From positions 23,684,001-23,748,000 of the forward strand of contig NC_043009.1 of NCBI RefSeq assembly GCF_006345805.1: a stretch of 64,000 nucleotides of DNA, read 5' to 3'. The notes beneath the pieces are model-generated. The model searched no databases. It was not told the DNA's origin and was given only the letters and a program-made list of their open reading frames with translations. The stretch comes from Octopus sinensis. Lineage: Eukaryota. Shown piece by piece: positions 13,163 through 25,045 of the stretch; the first letter of the stretch is position 1; each line of letters begins with the position of its first letter. Position numbers and translations under genes: made by a program.

Positions 13163-14875
13163 TATTTTTCTGCAGGATGAAGTGCGGGAGTGATACAGTG
13201 ATTAGAACATACTCCATATACAATACAGATATTTCATTATAAATGTTTACAGTCTGGATCTACATGAGATGGTAATTTTATCGATGTTAGCGTATCGATT
13301 CGATATATATATATATATATATTTATGCTGGAAAAGAGAATAGTTTGGCTCAATGCTTTTAGAAATGGAAAAGATTTAATTAATAGCAAAGAAAATAAAC
13401 ATTTATTTTTGATTAGGAAATACGGCACTTAATGTTTGTCTGGCGAAGTGAAGAGAAAATTGAATGTTGTATGTTGTGATGTTTATTTCTATTTCACAAA
13501 TTTCTCAAGCTAAACTTTATTACATGTCTCTCGCTCGACCTAGAAAACAAATAATATTTAATCAGAAAGCTATGATTTCCAAGAGAGAGGAATAAGATTC
13601 CGAGACAATAATCTCTTTCTCAAAGATGTTATCATAATGAAATATAATGGCTACAATCTGATATCGAGAACAGTTCACGCACGGTTTACCTTGTATGTTG
13701 TCCGCTTCTAATGAAAAATATGTTTATTTCCTTCGCTGTTAATTAAATCTTCGCAATTTCTAAAAGTATTGCATCAAGCCATTTTATTCTCCAGCAAATA
13801 TATTTCTAATCGATATTTTGTCGTCGATAAACTCATGATCTGTTGTAGACCCCAGACGTTATACTTTAGATTTTAATCTCACTACTTTACCATACACACC
13901 AGGAATCGAAATGCTGAAAATATCAAAAGGAGTCAGCAAAGGAGTCTATGAATTAATAAGGAACCGTCTTACAAGGTTGCGTTGACTTGTAAAAAATAGT
14001 ACCCAAATCGAACTCAAGTCACTATTTCATTCTGTTAGAATAGAATTATTGGATATGTGGAACTATATATATATATATATATATATATACATTATGTCTG
14101 AGAATAAAAATAGAAATGGATGGGGTAGCCATCCATTATCATAGGTTTATTCAATTTAGAATGGCCTGGGGATAAACTTGTTATTAATTTCTATCAATGG
14201 CATCTTGCAATGTTGGCTTATGGTTCTTTGTTTTGTAATTATGTGGTAATATATACCCCGGGAAACCTCGCGCCATGTATCATTTAAAAATGTCGCAACC
14301 ATGTTGAGGCTCATCTTCAGAGTATGAGACATTTCGGTACAGCCGTTTTGGCGTCGCTGATTCAAAACAGACATTTTTTAATGTATCTTTGGTTCTCCCC
14401 CGACCCCCTTTCTCTTTGTGTTAATCTAAGTGATAATATTCCTCCTTATGTGTATTAGAAGAAAGTGTCTATGTCAATTATATTCAGTTAAAATGAAATT
14501 GTAAAGTCCCTTCCTCTGTCTGTCTGTCTGTCTGTATCGCTTCCTCACTTTATTTTTTAATGTATATAATTTGCACACACATACTTGTGTTTGCGTCTAG
14601 TGCCAAGAAGCACTGTCGCCAAAACAGGCTCAATGCATAATCGACCATGCCAAGACGCCACCGTCCAAACTGCCGCGTCCAATCGTGCCATTTTGTACTC
14701 TTCGTGTCAAACATCTTCATAAGTTCTACTTTCAGATCGACCACGAAGAAGCAATGTGTAAGGGGCTGGAGCTTCTGTTTTCTTCTGAGCTAATCAGGCG
14801 CCATTCAACCTCCCCACCCCACCTTTACCCAACAAACGCTGGAGAAAGAGGTTTATTGAAAATATAAGCAGTATC

Positions 14876-15048
<173 letters not shown>

Positions 15049-15551
15049 TGTCTCCTTGAAATATTGCTCGAAATTCACTCTTGCCACACTGTAACCTACA
15101 GGTAAAAATAGATTGTATTTATCTTCAGGTTGGTGTCTTACGGCGAAGTCAAGTTGTCTGTGGAATTGATGATAGTTTCTACTACTTTCAGCATGTCGAA
15201 AGGCCTCAAGAACTCTTAAGGGAAGAACGGAATCATATTCCTTTTTTCTTTTTTTTTTGTCTAACCTTGCCAAATTATGGCCAACTTCCTTCCATTCCAC
15301 CGCACATCTGACATCACAGTTTTGCTAATTAAGAATTGGTCTCTACTTGCCAAAATACGTTTCTGTCTCCAGCTGCTTGTTCAGCTGTGATGACATTATT
15401 GCTGTCACAGTGTCCCTGGAGGAATAGATTCAGACAGACTGTACATACATACATACACACATGCATGCATGTATACGTACACACATACATACATACATAC
15501 ATACATACATACATACATACATGTATACATGCATACATACTTATGCACATA

Positions 15552-15596
15552 CTGGATTTCACGCAGGCGGCCTGGGTTCGATTCCCGGAATGGGAA
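15552..15596 (+). pseudogene. 3' half of a tRNA-Glu(TTC)
   Basis: CTGG-AT-TTC-AC-GCAGG anticodon arm, GCGGC variable loop, T-arm CTGGG-TTCGATT-CCCGG, 3' strand ATGGGAA. Closely follows the animal tRNA-Glu(TTC) 3' half. No 5' half (microsatellite upstream). Confidence 0.65.
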
Positions 15597-15642
15597 CGCT
15601 TATTAGTCGCAGGCAAAGCTGTGTGGTAAGAAGCTAGCTTCC

Positions 15643-17731
15643 ACTGCGCATGTGCGATTAATTGTGGTGTTCGGCACCAAAGAGGTGAGACATGCTTTTG
15701 AAGCCGTCTCGAATTGAAAAGTTTTGAAGCTCCATTGTAAGGTAAGATTCTGTTTTTTGGGTCCAGTGGGAATTTTTGTTGAGAATTGTTTTTGTACAGG
15801 CAGGAAGTCCTACTGGATTCAGAATTCTGGTTCTGCCTACATGGGGCAAATACTTTTTCTCGCTGAATTGTGAGAATTTCTGTTTGGGGGCGTATTCTTC
15901 TTCGGTTTATGTTGAGTGAATATTTTTCTCACTTAATTATGAGAATTATTGCTTGTATTGTGCTTTTTGAAGAACTTTAATAATTGTGAGAACTGCTGTT
16001 TGGGGGAGTGTCTTTGCCTCCGAAGATTGAACAATTTGTATATCAATTTTTGTGGAAGTTGTGTTCCAGTTGTGGGTTCCGGGTTCAACCTAGGCCGGGA
16101 GTACCGAATGGCCGAAATATCTTTTTGCTGTGTTCCTGAACTATTGACTTTCTTCTAAACTTTATTTGACTTTCTCCTTTTTGTTTATTGTGACTTTCTT
16201 TTGATTTCTTTTTTCTTCTCGCTTTTTAAGTTTTATTTTGAATATATTTTCAAAAAAAAAAAAAAAAAAGAAACATGGCAATGAAAAAAGACAAAGTTTT
16301 GGAGTGGGAGATTATACCGCCCTAAAAGTGGTTGAAAGACCGTGAAGATAGGAAGGTGGTGTTGAGAACCTACTCCAAGTCACTCGACAACATCGCCCTA
16401 TTCGAAAAGACGGCAATTGAAAAGGAGTTGGCGGAGTATTTGCCAACAAATTCATTTCCAGGGGTGTCAGATATGCAACGGTGTAGTTGGTATTTGATAC
16501 CCCTGAAGAGGCTCGCAAATTTACTAGTCAGCCCTTGGAGGGTGAGGAAATTTTGTTCCTTCCCACGTATTATGGGAGGAGGTTGACGAAAGCTTGGGTC
16601 TGCGGGTTGCCACCCGGGATAAAACCCAAATAGATAGAGGAGACTATCCGCCAGGGTCTGTGTGGCAGCGGGACCAAGCTTCTTTATGTGAAAGTTCTTC
16701 TTGCGGCTGATTGGGTTGGGTCAAAAGCTGTTTTGACCTTTTTAACCCAATCAGCCAATCATTTTTTAAAAATGGCCGGGTGCAGGTACCCGGTGATACT
16801 TGGGGGTGCCCCCCCCCCCCAGGTGTCATCGGTTCCTGGAGTCCGGCCATATAAAGAAAAACTGTCCCGGGAACAAAATAAGGTCCCGGAGCAGTTGAGT
16901 GAGACCCCTGTAGAAGAGGGAATGAAGGCGGCCGAGGAAGCGGAGGACTCCTCAAACAGGGGCCGAAAGAGGAAGAAGGTGAGCAACAATGGGTGCTCAC
17001 TGAAGGATCCTAGGGATGAGGAGGGGAAGGCGAATCTTCCGGCCACGGAGGTGATGCACCCTCCCTCAGTTGAAAAGAAAAAAAAAAGGGAAGAGGAAGA
17101 AAAACGAGACATTGCCGGCAGTCGGTGACATAGTACCGGAATGTCCCGGAACTACGTCGGTTGGGGTTGTGCCACCGGCAGGAGAAGAAACACCGTTGGC
17201 GGGAACTGTGCCGCCAAGGAAAGAATTGGATATACCGCCCCCGGAGGAAGACGAAATATTGATCTTCTTCTATAGAGGCGGAGAGATTGAAAAGGTGACG
17301 GAAAAGCACCATAAGGGAGCACCTTTAGCCTTCACACAGGACCCCGAATGGCCTCTGCAGATAGCTGTGGAGGCCATAACGTTTGACGTGACGTTTGGGC
17401 TGCAGGGGCTCAATGAGGAATATCGCTTGTACCCGGGCAACGCTGACACGGAACTCGATTCGATTTTGAAAGAGGTGTGGAGGATGGTAGAGGATGCGGG
17501 CACAAGTTATTTTGAGGGTGAGTTATAAATTGTGGCACTGTGTGACACAAACATTTGATAATAGGCACTTTGCTTTCTTTCTGAACTCCCGGCTGTCAAC
17601 ATGGTCTGCTCTGCAGGCGGCTAAATAATTGACTGGAGGTTCGGAAAGAGGAGGAAGGAAAAAGTGATAATGTATTTTTTATGTTTGATTGACTTGTTGA
17701 TTTTTATGTAAGTGGCTAATTTGATAAAATA
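15643..17731 (+). mobile_element. ORF1-only (HAL1-like) non-LTR retro-element, copy 1a, apparently full length (2089 bp)
   Basis: TSD AAGAAGCT(A/T)GCTTCC at 15628-15642 and 17732-17746. Ends in AATAA. ~630-bp 5'UTR, one decayed ORF, no RT or endonuclease motifs. Homologous to 61932-63625. Confidence 0.8.
16275..17528 (+). pseudogene. Disrupted ORF of element 1a, putative L1/Tx1 ORF1p-like nucleic-acid-binding protein
   Basis: Stitched translation MAMKKDKVLEWEIIPP*KWLKDREDRKVVLRTYSKSLDNIALFEK..LVFDTPEEARKFTSQPLEGEEILFLPTYYGRRLTKAWVCGLPPG..EWPLQIAVEAI.. is colinear with 62484-63310. The ORF1/RRM assignment is my inference from motif resemblance. Confidence 0.6.
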
Positions 17732-17746
17732 AAGAAGCTTGCTTCC

Positions 17747-18229
17747 CGGAGGGAGGAGCCCATTCCCTGGACAGGGGACGAGGAGTGGCCTTCGCAGGTG
17801 ACTACGAAGATCATATCGGATGTCGCTATGGTCAGGGTAATGAACACCTTCTCAAAGGACATGTTTAGATACGCCTTGAGGGGCCCCGACCCAGAGCTGG
17901 CACATTGCCTAAGGGAAGTGTAAGCCAGGTCTGGGAGGAGGGGCTTTGTGTATTGTATTTATATATATTATATGTAATTATTGAACTATGTTGTTGTTTG
18001 TAATGGACTGTTAAGTCCAAAAATTGAAAAGTTGTAAGAGGTTTAATACCTCGTTTTGTGTTTGTTTTAAAGAACATGGTTTTAGAGAAGCAAAAGTCGG
18101 CGGGTGCTTTTTGTCTTCTCCCATCCTTATCATCCTTGTTTCGTTATCATTCATTTCATTAATGTCCTTGTCCAGCCCGCAAAGCTACTTTACTCTATGT
18201 ACTGCCTTTATGGCAGATGTAATGAAATA
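17747..18229 (+). mobile_element. ORF1-only element copy 1b, 5' truncated (483 bp)
   Basis: Lies between TSD copies 17732-17746 and 18230-18244. Encodes EEWPSQV.., equivalent to EWPLQI/EWPPQI. 3'UTR cattaatgt..gtccagcccgcaaagctac..tgtactg..atgaaataa is shared with copy 2. Confidence 0.75.
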
Positions 18230-18636
18230 AAGAAGCTTGCTTCCCAACCACATGGTTTGTGGCACCAGGGGCAAATGTCTTCTCCTATAACCTCGGGCCG
18301 ACAAAAGCCTTGTGAATGGATTTGGTAGGCAGAAACTGAAAAATGCTAAAAAATATGTATATATATATGTGTGTATGTATGTATATATATATTTTTGTGT
18401 GTGTGTGTGTGTCTGCTTCTCCCCCATCAATTGACAACAGATATTCGTGTGTTTACGTCCACGTAGCGGTTCGGCATAAGAGACCGACAGAATATGTACT
18501 AGGCTTACAAAGAATAAGTCCTAGGGTCGATTTGTTCGACTAAATGCGGTGCTCCAGCATCGTCGCAATCAAATGAATGAAACAAGTAAAAAAATTTTTT
18601 TAAATGTATATATATGTCTAAATTCCCTTCCACATG

Positions 18637-18718
18637 GGCTAACTCTGATGAACGTAAGGTTATATAACCGGACTGTTACCTAACATTCGTGACACGAAAC
18701 CGATTGGTAAGATCAGCC
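18637..18718 (+). ncRNA. Degenerate type I hammerhead-ribozyme-like motif (Penelope-type)
   Basis: CTGATGA (18645-51), GAAAC-CGATTG-GTA (18696-18709), imperfect stem I ggctaact/agatcagcc; stem II disrupted. Confidence 0.4.
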
Positions 18719-19109
18719 GAGATGGATATATAATACTGTACATTTCAGATGATATATATATATATATATATATGTACACACACACACATAGATATATATA
18801 TATATATTAATTATTTCAAGGATTTCAATCCTTATTACAGGTATGTCTTCTTTCATTTTTATATATATATATATATATACATACACGTGTGTGTGCATGT
18901 ATGCATGTATTCTGTACATTAGATTCTAGTATGTAATTGCCCGGGAGATTTTCGCTACGAGTGTTTTTATTTTCAGGTATCAATGTTGTTTCTGCTTGTT
19001 CTAGCCTTCATGATACATTTATGTATCTATCTTTTGAGAGCTTTCTGGTAAGGGTCGTAAATCTGTGTGTGTATGTATGTATGTATGTATGTATGTATGT
19101 ATGTGTGCA

Positions 19110-19173
<64 letters not shown>

Positions 19174-19790
19174 ATACACACTTATGTGTATGTATGCGTA
19201 TATGTACGTACGTATGTACGTATATGCATATGTATGTATGTATATATGTATGTATAAACTGAGTGACACAATTGTTATATTATTTTCGGAAGCGGAAAAG
19301 GTTTTAAGCGGAAGTGTGATAATGGAAAGTATGTTTTGATTGGCAAAAATCGTGATAATGACTCGTGATAATATGGTGGTGGTGGTAGTAGCTGTGTAGT
19401 GAGAGAAAAAAGTGACTGAGAGGGGGAGAGGGGGGGAGAGAAGAGGAGAGAGGAGAGATAGAGAGGAGAGAGAGACACACACACAAGGAATGAGGGGGAG
19501 AGAAGGGGAGAGAGAAACCTGATATGAAAGATGATAGAAGGATCGGAAGTGACTGTGTGTTTTGAAATCAAAGTGGTTGGTTGGAATCTCGTTGCCCCAA
19601 CGTGGATATGCGTATGTACCCTTATATTTGTGCGTTAATATGCAAATCACTGAGTTTGTATGTATGTATGTATGTATGTATGTATGTATGTATGTATGTG
19701 TGTGCGTGTGTCTATACACACTCACACGTGTGTGTGTATATGCTTATATAGCTTGATCCATACATGTAGGTCCCAATAAATGTGTTGAGT

Positions 19791-19890
19791 NNNNNNNNNN
19801 NNNNNNNNNNNNNNNNNNNNNNNNNNNNNNNNNNNNNNNNNNNNNNNNNNNNNNNNNNNNNNNNNNNNNNNNNNNNNNNNNNNNNNNNNN
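19791..19890. other. Assembly gap (100 N)
   Basis: 100 consecutive N next to a (TA)n tract. Confidence 1.
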
Positions 19891-19892
19891 AT

Positions 19893-19963
<71 letters not shown>

Positions 19964-20159
19964 TGTATGTATTTGTACATGTGCACACATACACATACAC
20001 ATATATATGGATGTGTGATTGTGTGTGTGCGTATACGTGTGGCGGGTATGACTAGATACGTATTTATTATCCCCAATAACTAATACATTATTCCAATATA
20101 CAATAGCTGGCTGTTTATTAATTCACACGAGCAAGCACACGCGATCTCTCTCTCTCTCT

Positions 20160-20192
<33 letters not shown>

Positions 20193-20212
20193 ATATATAT
20201 CTATATATATAT

Positions 20213-20246
<34 letters not shown>

Positions 20247-20314
20247 GGAGAAGAGAGAGAGGAGTGAGAGAGCTTGACAGACATACATATACGTTCATAT
20301 ACATACATATTATG

Positions 20315-20367
<53 letters not shown>

Positions 20368-20421
20368 ATACATTCAAAGATATATGTGTAAATATGTATA
20401 CATACCAACACATACACACAG

Positions 20422-20459
<38 letters not shown>

Positions 20460-20783
20460 TATTATTATTTTTATTTTTATTGTATTTTTGTATTTATATA
20501 TCGTCTGTTTTTCCGTCCTTGTTTTCATATACATTGGATGCTTTTTTCCAAGGAATCTAATGTTCTTAGCTTAGTTTTTCTTTGGGGCTGGCCAGATTGG
20601 AGCAATCTCAAGATTAATCAACCGAAATTGCGAGGATGATCCGGTTCTTGACTGAGGATAAAAAGCTTCGAATGAACCGTCCTTGTTTTTTTGTATCGTC
20701 TATCTGGATGTTTTGTTGTCCTTTTTGTATCACTTGTTGTCTGGATGTTTTGCGTCTTGTTCCAATTTGTATGTGAATATGTG

Positions 20784-20860
<77 letters not shown>

Positions 20861-20901
20861 TATATATGCATACACATATATACATACATACATAATACAT
20901 A

Positions 20902-22864
20902 CAGGATGCGATGGGTAAATTGTCGCTATTTTATATTTTTAATTTCACGCATGCGCATTGTTTGTTTTTGATTTTGTCGCCTACACAGTATAGTAGGATC
21001 AGTTGGTCACTGTCTGTGAGAAAAACAGCACCATGACGTAATTCACTCTGCCAGAAATTTGGAAACGACATGCTGTGCTGCTTGGCATTCGCGCCGGAAG
21101 CTCCAATACGAACATTTCAGAGTGTTTGGGTGTCAATCTGAGGACAGTGCAGAGCAGTGGTGGCTTGTGTATATGCACGGCGGAACTGCAGTACCCATAT
21201 TTCCACTCGATATTATCGATAACATTCAATATAATGAGTCCTTTTTTCTTTATACCTGTAAATTATATAATCCTTAAGCTTAATGTCAGTAGCCATCCCT
21301 TTGTCTATGAAAAAAATACAAAAGTTTTTGTATAGGACTGTGCGCTTCACAGTTCCAACGACGCGGTGTTTGGCTGTTGTGTGCATGCTCACATGTCCCA
21401 GAAAGGAAGCTTCACGCTAGGGAGAGAGAGCACTGCGGTTTACGCAGTGCTGGTGAAAGGTAGTGTTTAATTTTCATTCCGCGTGTGTTGTGTTTAAAAA
21501 CGTGTTTATATTCTTGAATGTGATAAAGTGTAGAATTAAGATTATTATCCTGCTTCCAGCTACAACGTTGCCGCCAGGATTTGAAAAATAGGGCAGATTC
21601 CTCATCCTTATTTTGTTATTTAGAGGGGATGTTTGAAAAACAAGGGGGAATTCGCAGAGGTATTCAATGAAAAAATTAGACACATTATCCGAGAGCAGCT
21701 AAAACGCGAACCGATCAAGTTTATGTATAAATATTCTTTTTGTATGTTTGTTTCCTTTTACACAATATTAAAACAACGGCTAAAAATTTTCTGAAGCAGC
21801 ACCCCAACTATTGTTATCTACGAGTCGCCACTGGTGCAGAGGATTCGCAAGGAGTTGGGTGAGTCTAATGTGATTACGAAGATACGGCAGCTCGGAAAAC
21901 TCACTCTGATCGTTCTGATGAGAAAAGAAATTCTGAATTTGTTGGTGAGATCCAGGCCATGATTGACAACGATCCCTCCAAGTCAATTAGATCAATCGCC
22001 AGGGACATGGGAGTGTCTGAATTTCTTATCAGGCAGGTAGTGCATGAAGACATTCGGTAATCTCCATAAAAGATGAGAAAGGGTAAATTTTTATCTCAAG
22101 ACATCAAGTTCAAGAGGAAAGACTGCGCTACAAAGCTTTTGAATAAACTCAAGCATCCCCTCCAACCGAACATGTATTGGTTTTTCTCAGACGAGAAAAA
22201 ATTCTGCCAAGATCAGATGGTGAACAGACAGAACGACCGTTGGCTTGCCGTGCCCCAAAAACATGTACCGAGAGTGATAAAAATCAAACATCTAGTGAAC
22301 ATCCTGGTGTTTGGAGTGATCACTAGTAATGGCGCCGTTATGCCTCCATTCAGCTGCCCACACAGCCTCAGACTGAACACGGAGGTCTACATCAAGTGCC
22401 TGGAGGAGGTAGTGTTGCCCTGGGTCAAGGGGTGGCTACTGGAAGACCCTATGCCTGATAACAGGACTCTGCACAATGTCACACGAGCAGGAGAACCCAG
22501 ACAATTTCTGCGTCCACATCACACATAACATCAGGTCACCTAACCCCACCCCACAGACTGCTCTCCCCTTGATTATTATGTATGGAGCGCAGTTGAACGA
22601 GAGACCAACAAAACTCCTTGTAACAACAAAGATGAACTGAAGGCAAGGATCATGGCAGTATTCAACAACTTAAACAAGAAGACCGCCCAGAAGAGTTGCA
22701 GGAGATTCCGAAGTCGTCTGCAGGTCGTGATTGTTTTGAATAAATTTACTCTTTAGTATTTCAGGATATTTCTTTGTAATTTTGGTAAATATATCTGTTG
22801 AAATGAGATGTCAGTGCCATTTTCATTTTTGCATAATTTAGATGACAAGTTTTCACCACATCTG
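20902..22864 (+). mobile_element. Tc1/mariner maT (DD37D-type) transposon, decayed, with nested hAT insertion
   Basis: TA flanks and weak TIRs (CAGGATGCGATGGGTAAATTGTC / rc CAGATGTGGTGAAAACTTGTC). Transposase RHAVLLGIRAGSSNTNISECLGVNLRTVQR continues after the insert as IRKEL..SIRSIARDMGVS..WFFSDEKKF..QDSAQCHTS..DCSPLDYYVW. Empty length ~1276 bp. Confidence 0.85.
21155..21833. mobile_element. Non-autonomous hAT-superfamily element (679 bp)
   Basis: Perfect 8-bp TSD GTGCAGAG (21147-54 and 21834-41). TIRs CAGTGGTGGCTTGT / rc CAGTGGCGACTCGT. Removing it restores the maT reading frame. Confidence 0.85.
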
Positions 22865-22878
22865 TATACATATATATA

Positions 22879-22935
<57 letters not shown>

Positions 22936-22961
22936 ACAGAATGTTATTCACCACATTCTGT

Positions 22962-23018
<57 letters not shown>

Positions 23019-23962
23019 ATTATATATATAATATATAATATACATATATATATATACACATATATATATACATATATATATATATACATATATAATAATA
23101 CATATATATATATAATATATATATATGTGTATGTATGTATGTATATGTATGTATACATACACACATCATGTTATATCTATATATATATATAGTAGATAGA
23201 TAGATATATAGATACACATACATATACATACATACAAATATATATGTTAGACGCCATTTGCGTCCTTTTATACTTACGCCACACCCGGAACCAACGCCAC
23301 TATCGGATTTACCAATTACATCTCTACAGTATCCTACCAGCACTTGATAGCCTAAACGCTGTTTACCTCACTGTGAACGCGATCTCGCTCTACCTAGCAA
23401 TTTCTGGCGTAATACGCGTGGCTGTGCCTAAATTCTATTGAAGCCTACAACTAACACACACGCACACACACACACACATATATACATACACATATATACA
23501 GACCTTTCATTGTATGTCTCTTCTCTTTGTATCATATTTATACCTATTATTGTACGTACATAAACGCACACATACACACACTTCACATGCACTTTACAGA
23601 CACAAAACACTCACATATATACGCGCATACACATGCATACACAAACACACGCAGATAAGCACACACAAACACGCATGTAACTTAGCAGTTTGGCAAAAGA
23701 TAGCGATAGAATATGCACTAGGCTTACAAAGAATAAGTCTTGGGGTAGATTTGTTCCACTAAATCCCTTTAAGGCAGTGCTCCAGCATAGTCGCAGACTG
23801 ACAGAAATAAAAGAATATATATTATATATATATTATGTATATATATCATTATATGTTTATATATTATCCAATATGTATATATATATATACATATAATCAT
23901 TATGTATATATATATACTATATCAATATGTATATATATCATATAATTATATTTATCCAGTAT

Positions 23963-24022
<60 letters not shown>

Positions 24023-24677
24023 CACGCACAAGCACAAACACTCGCAGACAAAAACAGACACACCACACACACACACACATGCGCGCGTACACACACCCGC
24101 GAGCACAACAAAGACCACGCATATGTGCTCTCGGTATCTCTGGGTAAAGTAATCGGATCCTGGTGTTTTTTCAGTAAATTGTACCTTGTTCTCGGAATTA
24201 GCTCAACTATCAGTAATGGGGGTATCAGATAAGGGTATATACCCCAGGTTGGCTCCCAGTGAAGGAACACCAGAAAGCGTCGTGGGTGAGGTAAGTGGGT
24301 GAGAAGGGGAGGAAGGGAAAGACGATTACGACAAGGGAATACGCATCTGGTAGACCCCTATCGGAGGATTATTACATACATACTCAACTCGCTGTTGACT
24401 TTTCATCGTCACGGTAACTCGGAAGCGACGTATAAAAACCTATACAGCTGATGGCGCGCGCGGGCATTTTATCTATTTATTTATTTATTTATTTATTTAT
24501 ATATACATTATATATATCATGTCTTATAAGGGAATTTTTACCCGATCTTCTAAGCTGTCTTCACAGCTATTCTCCTGCTTTTGAGATTTCCTTAATTTCT
24601 AGAATAAAAATAACACCTCACACGACACTTCAACGTTTGTTTATAAAGTGTATTCTCACATTCCAAAGCTGTATATA

Positions 24678-24880
24678 TATTCTTTTATTCTTTTACTTGT
24701 TTCAGTCATTTGACTGCGGCCATGCTCGAGCACCGCCTTTAGTCGATCCCAGGACTTATTCTTTGTAAGCCTAGTACTTATTCTATCGGTCTCTTTTGCC
24801 AAACCGCTAAGTTACGGAGGACGTACACACACCAGCATCGGTTGTCAAGCGATGTTGTGGGGACAAACACAGACACACAA

Positions 24881-24912
<32 letters not shown>

Positions 24913-25045
24913 GACGGGCTTCTCTTAGTTTCCGTCTACCAAATCCACTCACAAAGCTTTGGACCGCTCGAGGCTATAGTAGAAGACACTTGCCCAAGGT
25001 GCCATGCAGTGGGACTGAACCCGGAACGATGTGGTTAGTAAGCAA
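24678..25045 (-). mobile_element. SINE A, slightly 5' truncated
   Basis: Tail, body and partial head as in other copies; an additional 3' fragment lies at ~23676-23817 (+). Confidence 0.85.

Larger units (their letters stand above)
15612..18593 (+). mobile_element. SINE A split by two tandem target-specific insertions
   Basis: Head gctgtgtggtaagaagctagcttcc ends at 15642. The SINE resumes as caaccacatgg at 18245 and runs to the tail aatgaatgaaacaagtaaaa at ~18593. Confidence 0.88.

Noticed and set aside
19791-19890. Adjacency of the sequences on either side of the N run
   Set aside because: A 100-N placeholder gap of unknown true size; no inference was drawn across it.
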